A stretch of DNA of 63,794 nucleotides, the filler included, from Octopus bimaculoides (taxonomy: Eukaryota), in assembly GCF_001194135.2 (NCBI RefSeq). It is 8 parts of 8 records of this genome, joined end to end, with 100 filler letters (N's around TTAATTAATTAA, not from the genome) between each part and the next. Parts side by side here need not be neighbours in the genome. Positions count along the whole stretch, not along the records: positions 49,015 to 61,752 come from NC_068982.1; positions 61,853 to 63,794 come from NC_068984.1; 6 more parts are not named here. One strand, given 5' to 3'. Position 1 is the first letter of the stretch. Every line of letters starts with the position of its first letter. A program made the position numbers and the translations under genes. Below the pieces are notes generated by a model. That model was not told the DNA's origin. It ran no database searches and saw only the letters and a program-made list of their open reading frames with translations. Of the stretch, positions 50,250-63,794 are shown piece by piece.

Positions 50250-50460
50250 TTATATCTGTGTCTGTGCTGCCCCATCGCTAGAAAAGTAGTGTTAGAGTGT
50301 TTCCGTCCCGTAACTTAGCTTACTGGAAAAAAGATACCGATAGAATAAATGCCAGGCTTAAACAAATTAACAATAAATAACTCTGGTCGAATTGCTCAAC
50401 TAAAATTCTTTAAGGCGTTGTTCCATTATGGTCATGGTCTAATGAATGAAAAAAGAAAAT
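50250..50460 (+). mobile_element. SINE-C second module, decayed
   Basis: CCCGTAACTTAGC...CCGATAGAATAA..CCAGGCTT matches 41140-41290. Confidence 0.7.
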
Positions 50461-52118
50461 AGGTGATAGCTCAAGGAATAAGAGGAAATTATAAAACACT
50501 TTTGGAGCGTAAGACTCTTTTGGATCCTCAGTTCATTGCGCCCGTATATATATTCCACTTCTTCGATGTAGTATCTATCTAGTCACTGAATTTTAGTATG
50601 ACTGTGTAGTCGTTATACAATAATGCATAAACGTTTATTCTCAGAGAAAGTCAGCGTGACCTTGTTAGAGACGATGTGTTTGGCACCGTAGAGAGCGACA
50701 GTGTTAGGGACATGATGTGTTTGAAGCCATGCTGTCTATTCGACAACGTTCATAAAATTTACGTCTACAAAATTTAAATGAAAAGACTTGGATCAACTCA
50801 ATGTGATTGGAGAAAATTTTCCTAGTCCATGATCGCTAAAGCATTTATCCAACGCACGATAATTTCTTGCACCTTAAGAGAATGACTTAAATACGAACTT
50901 CTAAAGAAATTCACATGAAATGTGGTATGAATGAAAGAAGTATTTCAAAGTTAAAGAGAGTAAAATTAATTACAAATACTAACCTCATTTTAGATAAGAA
51001 ATAATAAGAGAATTAGACGAAAAGCGTTCTTACAAATAGTTAGGATTAAAGAAACTATGCAAACTACAATATGAACGTTTAAGAATCTGATTAAGAAGGA
51101 ATGTTATAGTTTCATACAAAATTTAAGACAGTTTGCTTTCTAGCTGGCTTAGTCTTAATTAGATTTTGCACAGCTTGATACCGACTGTAGGAGCAATGCA
51201 AGATAGATACCCACGAAAACATATTGGCAGGAATTAAGATACACCAAACAAAATCTGATACTCATATATTTCTGAGAAATGAGTGTTGCTACAACCGTCA
51301 ATAACTAGAAGATCATTATTACATATTTGCTATTGCATTTGAGATATGATATCTTAAAATAAATGGGAAGCATCAAACCGCTAAAAATGAAGAAATAAAT
51401 ATAAATTCCTTTGTATCTTCAGATGGTGCATACTACAAAACGACATTAAGGAAACGGAGATTTGTGAAAGAAGACAAAGAATAGAAAATAACAGATTAAA
51501 AAATGTACCACCTAATCTCATAATGGGAAACTGAATGTCAGACTAAAGCTATATAGCATATGAGAACCCCCTACACTAGTGCATGAAGTAAGTGAAAGTA
51601 ACAGAATTACTTCAAGATATATCGCCACATTGAGTTCCTTCGACAACTCAAAATATGAATTAAATCATTTTTCCTTGTAGTACAAGTCACAAAAATCTAC
51701 CAAATGCATGAAGCAAAGTAGAATGCAATGAAAATCTGCAAAATACAAATAGTCACTTTATTTTGCTGTGGCCAGGTTTTAGACCATAATGTAAAAGCTT
51801 GAAGTAGATGAATATCAAATGCGTAATATAACGGGTATAATGCCATCAATGTCAAGTAATAGAAAAGAAATGTTTTTAAAATGGCTCCTACAAAGTATCA
51901 GAGAATCACTAAGGGGCAATTTATCGGGAATAAAATTACAGATTGACAAGTTGGAGAATGGCAACAAACATTAATGAGGATGTTTGAGCTATAGGTCAGT
52001 TAGTGCTGTCAGGGTCCACCAGGTACATTATTAGATCATGATCGGTAACTCATTGCTAACAGACTATAATGGACCTATATAAGAACGAGATATTTGTTGA
52101 TATTATTGAATTTTATTC

Positions 52119-52300
52119 TGCTGGCAGCATGGTTACCGCGCCGGACAAAATATTTCGTGACATTTCATCCGTTTTCTTGTTCTGAGACAAATTGACTTTG
52201 CATTTCTTCCTCTCAGGATCGATAAAATAAGTTCAACACAGAGGTCGATGTATTCGACTTACCACCATCCACGGAATTGCTGAACTTGTAACAAAATATC
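52119..52300 (+). mobile_element. SINE-A, old copy, followed by (ATT)n/(AGT)n
   Basis: Diverged family match. Confidence 0.7.
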
Positions 52301-52320
52301 TAAAAATTGTTATTATTAAT

Positions 52321-52351
<31 letters not shown>

Positions 52352-52361
52352 TTATTATTAT

Positions 52362-52421
<60 letters not shown>

Positions 52422-52801
52422 CAGTGGGATTGCAGTAGAGACGGTGGTCGTGGTACCATCATCATATTTTGTGATAGAATAGTCAAACATCGTTTTCGAA
52501 AAGACGAAAACAAGTTTTCGTAATAGATAATCAAAAAGGAAAAACTTTGAAATCCCAGCATTAGGCAGTACATGGATTTAGATTAGTGCTTGATACAGTA
52601 TTCGATTTAGATCATGTACGGAGAAGAATCTATAGGGGATAAGCAAGATTTACAGATATGAAATTCTAAGTGGTCAAATTTCTAAATCAAACTTTTCTAC
52701 GGAACATACTTTTACACCCATAGATTTCAACGATGAAATTGAAGATAACAATAAATAATATTTACATTGACGGACAGGTGTCCTCACCTCGTTTGTTATT
52801 A

Positions 52802-52846
52802 CCACACCGTTTCGCCTGATATACTTGCCGGCCTTCATTAGGTGTC
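52802..52846 (-). ncRNA. degenerate hammerhead-like motif
   Basis: Minus: GACAC-CTAATGA-A-GGCCG-GCAAGTATAT-CAGGC-GAAAC-GGT-GTG; several mismatches. Confidence 0.4.
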
Positions 52847-54559
52847 CTAGTGGAATTTCGAACCGAACCTTTTATTTATCAACTGAAACGTCCAGTGAAA
52901 ATAATGTACATAATTCCTCACCTCTAAAATATAGAACAGTAGAAATTAATAAATATTTTAAAAAATTATTTATTGTATCTGTCACGAAAATTTACACTGA
53001 AATCTATAATAGAGGAGACTGGAAAGCGAAGTATCAGTTCTATTTATAAGCCTATAATATCTACGTGACCTAAATCTATACAGCCAAGAAATGCATTTAT
53101 ATGTATACAAAGATTTAGCAATAAAAATATGCCTGCGACGAGAAAAAAAAAATTCCTGAAAATTAGAAGTGATTCTGCAGTAGCTAGTTTAACAAGGTTT
53201 AGTAATCAACAGAGCTGACACCAACAGGTAAATGAAGGTCCTAATAATGGCAAATATTTACTGACAGAGAACGCCTGGTCATATTCTGCACATGTGAATA
53301 CTGATCCATGAATTGTTTTCTTCATTCGTCTTGTGCATTGCGCCTCAAGACGTACCTAGCGTGTTAAACTAATGTGGAATTTAGTGTAACATTTTTACCC
53401 GTAGCATATGTAGTGGGGAAGCAATCAAGCACTTTCTGTATATTGAAGAGACAAAAGTATGTACTATACAGAATATATGATTAAAATTGCCTGCGTAGAC
53501 AGTATATTGATTTAACAATGGTAAGAGTCTGATTATAAAGTACGTAAAAAAATGTTGGACTTCACGAAAAAGATGTAATCTAATCTCATGGGATATAAAG
53601 AAAAGAAAACTAGGTAATTAGACAAACACATGTATTCAATTAATGTTATTGAAGCAGCCAGAACAGCTCATACAAGTGACGGAAACTCTTAGGAATATAT
53701 GTTATAGGCGTATTAACCTGATAGTTGAAACAGCTGAATGCGAAATTTAAGGTTATGCATATCAGATCGTTTACTATCACCGCTTAAGAACAATATTTTG
53801 CAATATACCGTTGTAACACCAATTTTTTGTTGTTATGTGCCTAAAATAAATTGGAAGACTGTATAGGTCAAAAATTCAAATATGTAATGACTCTTATTAG
53901 TATGCACCATAAATCTTTCATTTAAGACATGCTTGTTCTGAGTATAGTTATGTATGGTGTATGTATGGGTACAGGCTGTAAGTAGACATTTTTGCTTTCA
54001 TAACCTTGGCCAGTCAGTAGCCGAAGAAACAAAGTTCAACTCAATCCAGCTATTCAACTGAAAAACCTTCGAAACACACGATCTTTCAATAATCAGGTGA
54101 TAAAGTTGACTACGTGGGAATTTGAATAATTTATACGCCGAGTGGAGAAACAAATATCAATTACCAGTGCTTGTAAAAACGTCAAGATTAGTTTTAAAAC
54201 TTTGGAACACATACAGTTTTGTTAAGAAGTCTCGCATTTACTATCGAACTCACAAAATCGTACTTTTGAATATATTCACTTTGATACATTCAACAATATT
54301 TGCCTCCATATCTGTATATCAACGTTATACTCACACACGGACATATGCCTATACAACTTGTTCAGAACAAACAAGATTCTCATAAATGCGAGATTTGTTT
54401 CTTTCCCAAATTAAAATCATAGAAGATACTTGTTTAAATTATATTGCCATACAAAAAGCAGTTCAACTGATGAATAAGCCATCGGAGAAGCAAATAAATA
54501 CAGAACAAATTTAAACATTAAAATATCGTTTAAATTAATTCACATACATTTTAACAAGT

Positions 54560-57500
54560 TTCGACATGTGTTTTCTCCAACTAGGCTTCAACGACAATAG
54601 CAGCGGCTACAAAAACAACATCATTAACATCAGCTGCGGCCATTCCTCAACTGATGACCTACTGAAGTTGTCAATCAGCAGCCCGTAACAGTCCGACTAT
54701 ACACATTTCTCATTTCTTTAGAAGACCGAAAGTCACCAATCATCATCATTGTAATCATGTTCTATTGCTCCTACCATTACCACTCAAAAGAACAACTATA
54801 AAATCAGCAGCCAGAGCCTCTCCTTAATGATAGCACGATTGATATCCTATTAAACTAATCACCTCCTAGCCTATCCCCACATTCAAGTCACTCAAATTCC
54901 TCACTCTTTCAGAATGGTACAAGAGCTCCATCAACGCCATCGTCATCCTATTATACTGCAACTACAGTTAACGCTAGTACTACAACTTTCTTTCCGCCTA
55001 CTATCAATCTCGATCTGAATATATACCACACAGCTCCATGATAAGTAATCCAACTATAAACAAAGTAAAATCTGTGAAAAGAGGAAACCAAACAATATGC
55101 AGTTATTCGTAACGCGAGAGAATGCATTGTTAGTAACTGCGTCTTCACCAGAGACAAGACGCACAATTCATACGAGCAACACCAGCTACCGCTAAAACAC
55201 ACATCTACCGTCATTATCACCACGACAAAATACTAAATGAAACTGTTTAGCTTCTACACTTGTAAGACGGGATCTTAAAAACTACCACTACTCTCGACGC
55301 GTGAGAGTATATCTAATGTGTGACTGTTATGTTACTCCTCTCCGAGAGTCTCGGTGTACTATTAAAAGCATTACTAGAAGCCACCACAAAATCAACAGTA
55401 GAAACATCCCTTACAGTGGCAGTGCTTGTCCAGACATCCGTCGAAATTCAGAAGTCACCATGATATCCACCAGTTTCGATAATAAAAGCAACAGTCGCAA
55501 ACCAGATAACCATAACCATATCCAACAATGCAGCCATAACAATTCTAGACACCAATCCCTTCGGAAACAAGAAAAATCTTTATTAACCATGATGAATCTG
55601 ACAAACGAAGTCAAAGAAGAAACATTTAGCTCTCACACCGCAACAACCACTGCTGTTACCTCCTAATGCACAAACACACAACATTGTTGTCATTAACCTA
55701 TAATCCTGACTCAATAATAATGCTAATGTACAAGGTCTCTTACACTTCACAAATCGAGAAAATAAACTATGCGTAGAAGTATGTGAAACACCTGACCCCA
55801 TACATATTAGACACGGAAATACGTATGCAAAGTTATGATAAACACACGAATAATGAGTGGAGATCTTCACCCCATGAAGATCTAGCAACAAACGTCTTTC
55901 TCTCCTACTCCTACATAGTGTGCAATACACTAACAATGCACGTGATCGACCTCAATTTGATCATAGGTATTACTTACCGTTCTTCTCCTGATGCTAACCA
56001 GATTACTTCAGAAATACTTTGTCATCCATAAGTCAAATTCTAAATGAGGCCAACCCCATGCCAATGTGCTTTTAAAGGCGAATTTAATTTCCCTCATCTC
56101 AGGTGATTTGAAGCCTGTATCCAATCTGGAACTAAACAACAATACAGGATTTGAACGCTCTCCTTGAAATATTTCCTCATACAACAAGTCTTTAATACTA
56201 ATCCAAACTTCATTCGGAATGTTCAGGTCATTCCAACAGCTATTTATGACTAATACATTATAGAATACTTTACATATGGTTCAAACAGGGCAACACACAC
56301 AAATAACATGAAACATAATTCATGCCTCAGGAGCTTGGATTTTAGGAACGCCAAGTGGAAGGAAATTGAAACTGATATCCTCAAAACAAACTGGTCTCAG
56401 TATATGGGCAACCTCAATGTCAATGAGGGAATGGAATTTCTATACGATGAGTTAGTCAAAACCTGTTGAACACACAGCCCATATAAATTCGTCTGTGCCC
56501 GGTAGAACTTGATTCTACAAAATACACGGATACTAATGCACAACAAAACCAAACTAACAAAGCAGCTAAAAGAACAAATTTCTTCAATAGATAAAATTGT
56601 GAAAGAAAAAACAGTGAATTGGACTCTAAAATATGTTATGGATTAGAAGCTTTGCCAAAGAAATACCGAGCAGTGAAGAACATAAAGTGTAAATAAGCTC
56701 CCGTACTTTTGCCACTATGCTAAACATAAATCATTTACACTTAACCAGGTCTGACTTCTAATGGGCCCAAAAAGGATCATATACTAATGATTTATCACAG
56801 ATATACTCATTCTTGAGTGAATAATACAACAGTGCATTTTCAACTCATAGCAACTCATAACGAATAAAATAGTTCATAATTCAAACGAATTCTTTGATCC
56901 CCAGAATTCAACAGTAGGGAAATTAAGGACCTTACGGAAGATGATATATTTGCAGCTACTAATGGGTTAGATTCAGACTCAGCATCTGAGTCAGATAGCC
57001 TACCAACCATATTGTGAAAAACGTATAAAAATAATTTCGCGAAACCATGATAGATGCTACTTCAAAAGTCGCTAGAAAACGACATTTTTCCAGAAATATT
57101 GAAAGAACAAATAGTAAACCCTACACGCAATGATAACAGGGCTGAAGCTAAAACTTACTGACCTATTTCTTTCGTATCTCACATATCTAAAATTGTCGAA
57201 TGCTTTGTGTGAAAAAGAATAATTACTTACCTTTAGGAAAGCAAACGCCTTGTAAATACACACACATGGCTTTCCAACTGGACAAAGTTCTCTGTCACAA
57301 CTATTACAACCATAATGCTATTCCCAATAATCGCTTGAGAGGGATTAACTCTGACTATATCCCTTAATTTTTCTAAAGCATTTACTAAAATTTATTATGA
57401 AATTATTTGTCATGAGTTAAGAGATTTTAGTAGCACTCCAAAACTCAGACTTTTTTTTACTTCTTATGACGTAGGAAGCAACCTGTTGCTGCAAACGGTT

Positions 57501-58500
57501 TTATCCCTGAAAAGTCACCAGTATTTAGTGGTATACCTTAGAGCACGGCTCTAAGACCATTATTTAACATCACAATATGAAGTATAAGCTCACAAGTGCT
57601 CTCGGCCGACCTAAAGAATTACGCCGATGACACAAAAATGTCTATGCCGTCACACTCAAAAGTTAGCTAATACTCGTTTATCGATGAGCAGATAAAAACA
57701 ATATGAAATATAATACATCAAAGTTTTAGGATCTGCATTACGGAAGTGATACACACAAAACATTATTTGATACCATATAACACAATGATTCAAAGCGCTA
57801 ATGACTTACGGGACTTGTGGGAAATTATGTCAGATGATGCATTTTCATCAGCTACAACACCAAATTGATCTCTAAATTCAGACATCTCATACGATGGATC
57901 CTATGTATCTTCGGGACAAAAGAAACGCTAGTTATTCTGAGTCTATGGAGAACCTCGTTTGAGAGCAGATTAGACTACTACTCATATCTTTGGTCCCCCA
58001 AATTATCAGGTCTCATAAAAGAGACTGATGGGTTAAAAAGTATGTTCACTAGTAAAATGATTTCTGTTAAACACCTTAACTACTGAGAACGTTTGAAAGT
58101 TTTGCGTATATATTCTCTTGAACGTGTAGGAGAGAGATATATTTTCATATCGCTATGGAAAATCCCGAGGAGCATGTTCCAAACTTCGGCACTAGGGAGG
58201 AGGATTATGCACGAGGTAGTACATACTGCGAGATTTAAAATATACCACCTTCGAAATCACGAGCAAAAATACTCTATTAGTCTGATATTTTGAGGTCCTC
58301 AGTTGTTCAACTGCGTCCTTAAGTAGATTAGAAATATACGAGGGACGTCTACCAAACCATTCAAAAGAAAAAAAACATTCGATAAACTCTTAATGACAAT
58401 ATAAGACCAGCCAGCTTTCAAGAATACACTCCGGTAGATCAATTGCCCGTGATAAGAGAAGAAAAGAATACCAGTTGAAAAAAAACAAAAACAAAAAAAA
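54560..58500 (+). mobile_element. near-full-length decayed APE-RT LINE (CR1/L2-group-like)
   Basis: APE at about 55760-56350 (ETHL.P.I.D.EI, TYRSSPD, G.FNFP); RT at about 56950-57700 (LLQKSLE, AK.YRPIS..SHI.KI.E, HGF, FSKAF, SGIP..T.L.PLLF, NYADDTK); C-terminal GPQLFNC.L..IRNI.G; 5' region may be ORF1. Confidence 0.85.
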
Positions 58501-59562
58501 CTATATATAATACGTTTTAGATTTATAAACATATTAAGAAAAGTATTGTGGGAAGCGATTAAAAAATAGCTATGCTTCACAAGTAACATCAAAATTTTCA
58601 TTGTCTAAAAGATAGCATAAAACAAAATGTTTGCTGTGGCAAAGTGTTTGAAGCCAAAGAAATGACAATATGAATTGTGCAAAGGTTAATCAGCAAGGTG
58701 ACAAGGAGCTCTAGAATGACACTGAAATGTCGGAAACAAAAGCCCTACATCGTCAAATACGGTCACAATTTAATTGAGAAAGAGAAACGAAGAACTCAGT
58801 TGAAACGCAATGATTGTAGATTGCAGCATAGGATCGGAGCAATATATATGGAGGGCAGATCGAACAGCCAATTATTCAATTATTTCTTCGATTCTAAGTT
58901 GTAGTCAACAGCAGTATACATCTCTAAATATGATACAGGTGTGGGTATTCATAAACCAAAACTTGTGCCAGCATGAGTGAAATAACATAACTACTGGGGG
59001 GAGAATTCGACAAAGTTATCATGCCCTAATGTAAGCATTCCATAAAGACGAAGATATAAACGAACGTTAACCGGATGATTATGTTAAAGACAACTAGCTG
59101 TGATAGTTCCTACCTAGAGAAGGCTCATTTAAAGCAAAATGATGATATATTTCTAACAGAAACTGAAATGTTTTTTGTTTTTTTTTCAAGAATCTGCATA
59201 TGAACATAAAGACCAATCAAGATGAAAGACTCACAACCAGAGCAATCGCTTTCATAAATGCTACCTTGGGAATAATTTTAAAACATCATTCAGACAATAA
59301 AATACTGCTAACATCAGCGCTAATAAATATGAAAAATATATAAATGGGACTACAATGCACGACACATACTTGTTGACAATTTATAATATAATGGAATATG
59401 CCCATGCTCCGCAAAGAAATGTATTTCATTATTCATAGAGAAGACATAGCTGCACATAATAGTGAAGTAAAAATTCATAGTAAAACAACACTATTGAAAA
59501 TATTACAAAGCTATAAACTGCGTCTAGAAGACGCCAACCTAAATAAAAATCAAGTGGAAATA

Positions 59563-60640
59563 CTGGGTTGGCCAAAAAATTTGTCGGTTTTTGTTAACAT
59601 TAAATTTCAAGTACTCTAATAAGTAGCTAACATTAGTCTGTCCCTTGCGATGCACACTTGTTAGATGCTTGATATTTGAACATATTACGACGCATTGTTG
59701 CGCTCGGTATCACTCTGAAAATGAAGAACCAACACGGAGTTTATCGACAACTCATACGTTTCTTTTATATAAAGCTACAACGCGGCGGAAACCTGCGAGA
59801 AGATATGCGCTGTGTACGGGGAGTATATTGTTACGGAGCGTGTATGGCAGAAGTTCTTTTCATAATTTCAATCGGGAATGTTTTTTTGTTCAAGCTTCAT
59901 CTCGCTCTGGCAGGCTAAGTGAAATTAACAGCCACCCAGCCCCCGCTATACGACCAGGATGATCGCAGATGTTTCCTAGTTATTTTCATGGAATGTTGAA
60001 AACCATCTACTTCAATTGGTCATGCTAGGAGGTTTGATATCTGAATTGAGCGAGGCTAACATGAACATAAATCAATCTGTGATTCGTTGTAGAAACCTGA
60101 AGTAACCTATTCTTTTTTTTTAAAGAGAATGGTGACAGAAGACAATGAATGGATCGTCTATAACAATGTGAAGTACAAGCGATCAATGGGGAGAAGCGGT
60201 GAACCGCAAAAAACGAACTCTAAAGCAGGACATTACTCGAAGGTGGATGTGGTTTGAATTTGGAGGAATTAGAAGAGTGTTGCTTTTGCGAGCTTAGAGG
60301 TTAATTCCAATTCGTACGTGTACACTGGTTAACAGGACTAATTAAATTTATAATTTTACCAGAAGAGTGCAACATTTGCTAATCGTAAGGTCATTGTCTT
60401 TCATCACGGAAAATACCAGGCGGCACATTTTTCGGTAAACGTCAGAGAAACTTCTGAGACTTGGCTGGGAAGTTTTGCTGCACCCTCATTCTTCGTTCGA
60501 CTTAGCCCATTTGGATATACTCCTGTTTCAGTCTCTAAAAATGTCACTGAATGTACAGGCAGATGTTCAAATAATTGAAGGCATTTTTCTTTCAATACAT
60601 GGTAATAATAAGTTAGGAACTAAATTCTATATACTATATA
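59563..60640 (+). mobile_element. decayed mariner transposon (transposase pseudogene)
   Basis: TA then TIR-like CTGGGTTGGCCAAAAA; SRSGR, FLKRMVTED.EWIVYNNV, FHH..N.R.H, GWEVL.HP, DLAP.D-like motifs; right TIR not recognisable. Confidence 0.88.
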
Positions 60641-61852
60641 CTATAGAACAATGTTTGTGAATGAGAATGTAGACGAACTGTATAAACAAAAGCGTAAATT
60701 AAAATCAAAATCTGAATTATACTAAAGCAAATCAGAGAAAGAAAGATAGATAATGACAGAGAAAGAGAAAGAGGGTAAGGGAGTTAAAGAGAGGTCTAAA
60801 TCCTGGCACCAATATCTCCAAGACTCTGTTGAAGACTGCTCTGTGAGCAATAGAATATTTGTTACATGATGTTTAAGATCAGTTTCTTAGAAATGCAATA
60901 TGTCAAGAAGTCTTGACCAATTTGGATACTATCTCTGGAAATATGGAAATATGCCAATATTGTCATCAAATACGAAACGAACTAGTATGTATTCAATGCA
61001 AGAACAAAACAATGAATATGCTCTGCCAAAATAGAAGTATTCAGGAAAAGTAATATTATGTTATCTTAGAGATATCGCAATCGCATATATAAAAACACAA
61101 AGCAAAAAATTATTTTAGTAAACTTAAATTATACGCATCCTGGCATAGCAATTTATAGTAGGGTATATATGGATGCAAGAGAGAACTAATTACAAGGGTA
61201 ATTCGTATGTAAGTTATGAAGAAAGCATGAATTCAAGCAATATTAGACAAAAAATGACTTCCTACATTCAGACGTCATTCAGTGCCAGGAAACGTTAATA
61301 CAATATGCCACACTACTCAAGTTATATTTTAAAAGAAATTAAGAGCTTTTTAAACACTCAGTCGGCATGTAACATCAAGACAGTCAACAAGGTCCATAAT
61401 TCTTCACAATCACAGCTTAACCCTTTTCCAGGTAATATAGTACACAAACACAATCTAATTGATAGAACAAATGAAACACTACATGTTATGTTTCCCTCGG
61501 GTGACTCGTAGAGATAACATAACGAGTTATACAGTTTATGTTTTACATTTATTGTTCAATTACATACAAAGAACGCACTCACCCAATGTTCGTTATGAAT
61601 AAACAAAAGTCATGTCCGCCATATATATATCAAAGACATTTTACTACGACAGTCCCACAAGACAACAACAATGAAACAATGAACTCAGACGAACCACATG
61701 ACACACGGAACGTCAGACGAATTACATATCTAACAGTCCATATAACACTACANNNNNNNNNNNNNNNNNNNNNNNNNNNNNNNNNNNNNNNNNNNNTTAA
61801 TTAATTAANNNNNNNNNNNNNNNNNNNNNNNNNNNNNNNNNNNNNNNNNNNN

Positions 61853-61917
<65 letters not shown>

Positions 61918-62854
61918 CGTGTGTGTAAGGTATCTTTATCAACATTTGGCGTATGTCAATTTTCCTTTGCGAACGAGAATATTTTAAGATATTTGAAAAA
62001 AATCAAACAAAAATAAACAACACCGACAACAACAAAAATTCGCAGAAAATATTCGGAATAATAGCATGAACAATTTCATACTGTTAGCTCTAAAATATAT
62101 GCAAATATGCATGCATTGTTATGATATAAAAACAACAGCATGCATACGTAAGTGCACCTTAGGATGCACACCTAATTATCCAAGTCATGCATATTCTGCG
62201 TAGATTCGTTCATATTTCCTGCGACCTCAACTAACAGTTGAAAAATTCTTACCAACGTGCATACACATGCACGTGTACGTGGAGCTGTGAATGTCTGCGG
62301 GTACATATACGTATATATACATATACATATATGTATATANNNNNNNNNNNNNNNNNNNNNNNNNNNNNNNNNNNNNNNNNNNNNNNNNNNNNNNNNNNNN
62401 NNNNNNNNNNNNNNNNNNNNNNNNNNNNNNNNNNNNNNNNNNNNNNNNNNNNNNNNNNNNNNNNNNNNNNNNNNNNNNNNNNNNNNNNNNNNNNNNNNNN
62501 NNNNNNNNNNNNNNNNNNNNNNNNNNNNNNNNNNNNNNNNNNNNNNNNNNNNNNNNNNNNNNNNNNNNNNNNNNNNNNNNNNNNNNNNNNNNNNNNNNNN
62601 NNNNNNNNNNNNNNNNNNNNNNNNNNNNNNNNNNNNNNNNNNNNNNNNNNNNNNNNNNNNNNNNNNNNNNNNNNNNNNNNNNNNNNNNNNNNNNNNNNNN
62701 NNNNNNNNNNNNNNNNNNNNNNNNNNNNNNNNNNNNNNNNNNNNNNNNNNNNNNNNNNNNNNNNNNNNNNNNNNNNNNNNNNNNNNNNNNNNNNNNNNNN
62801 NNNNNNNNNNNNNNNNNNNNNNNNNNNNNNNNNNNNNNNNNNNNNNNNNNNNNA

Positions 62855-63082
62855 TACATATATATATATATATATATACATATATATACACACATATATA
62901 TATATATGCATGTATGTACGTACGCATGTATGTATGTATACGTGTGTCTATGTGTGTATGTATACCTGCAATCTAACGCACACACAAAGTCACACACTTG
63001 TGTTTGTCTAAGCCATATGGTGACGTATATAGAAGGCCTCATAGTAGTGTTTGTGCGCACTGATCTTTCTCCCAATCTCTTA

Positions 63083-63122
<40 letters not shown>

Positions 63123-63391
63123 GCGCATATGTCTGTTTATGCGTGTGAAGGTGTGTGTATGTGTGTGAGTGCTTGTATACGTATATGTAAATTTATATAT
63201 ATTGATATATATTTATACATGCATATACTTTTATGTACATGTATGTGTGTAAATATGTTTATATATACATATACATACCTATATATCTGTACGTGTGTGT
63301 GCGCATTTGCAATTTCACTATGATTGTAAGTCTCAGTATATACACAACATAATAACTATCCATCTTTCAGTCAATCAATCCACCTACAATG

Positions 63392-63445
<54 letters not shown>

Positions 63446-63794
63446 CCTTTTCACGTATCTGTCTATATACATACCTATAGTATCTATCCACCTATATGTC
63501 AGTCTGTCCGTCGAGTTGGACAAAAATATACAATGGACATAGAAATACTAAATATCCACTTCTCAACGGTGTCTTCTACATACACATACATACACATATA
63601 TGTATGTGTATATTTGTATATATATTCGAGTGCGTGTGTGGGTGGGGACGTCTATAGGTGTTAGTGTGTGTTTGTGAACATATCTGCACACATGTGTTAT
63701 ATACATATAATATGTATACAAGTTTATAAGTATGTAATTATGTGTATACAATCTATATTTATATTATTGTATATATATATATATATATATATAT
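62855..63794. repeat. (TA)/(CA)/(TG)/(TCTA) low-complexity terminal region
   Basis: Direct reading. Confidence 0.9.

Noticed and set aside
31960-61852. Regularly recurring palindrome TTAATTAATTAA as a CRISPR-like or biological array
   Set aside because: Fixed N44 flanks show a synthetic linker; no spacers or cas genes, and the context is eukaryotic

Overview
AT-rich, heavily gapped eukaryotic DNA made almost entirely of transposon relics and microsatellites. The SINE and LINE repertoire looks like an Octopus (cephalopod) genome, but that is my inference from recognising the repeats, not a database result. No intact protein-coding gene is recognisable, and most listed ORFs are microsatellite or N-run artefacts. 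Contents: five R4/Dong-like (RT plus restriction-like endonuclease) LINE remnants; at least five Penelope-like element (PLE, RT plus GIY-YIG) remnants; one near-full-length decayed APE-RT LINE (CR1-like); a decayed mariner; a Tc1/mariner-type MITE nested in an R4 relic; a solo LTR with a promoter-deleted sister copy 2.6 kb away; and more than 25 copies of several tRNA-derived SINE families that exchange modules. The most interesting signals are (i) several distinct minimal type-I hammerhead-ribozyme-like motifs outside PLE ORFs (candidate solo pseudo-LTR/retrozyme units), (ii) a consistent strand polarity of SINE-A versus R4/Dong relative to trinucleotide microsatellites, and (iii) a phase-compatible three-exon candidate gene fragment at about 36.6-37.7 kb. 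Seven artificial 100-bp N44-TTAATTAATTAA-N44 linkers show that the window is stitched from separate scaffolds, so adjacency across them is not evidence of biological linkage. Boundaries of decayed elements are approximate.
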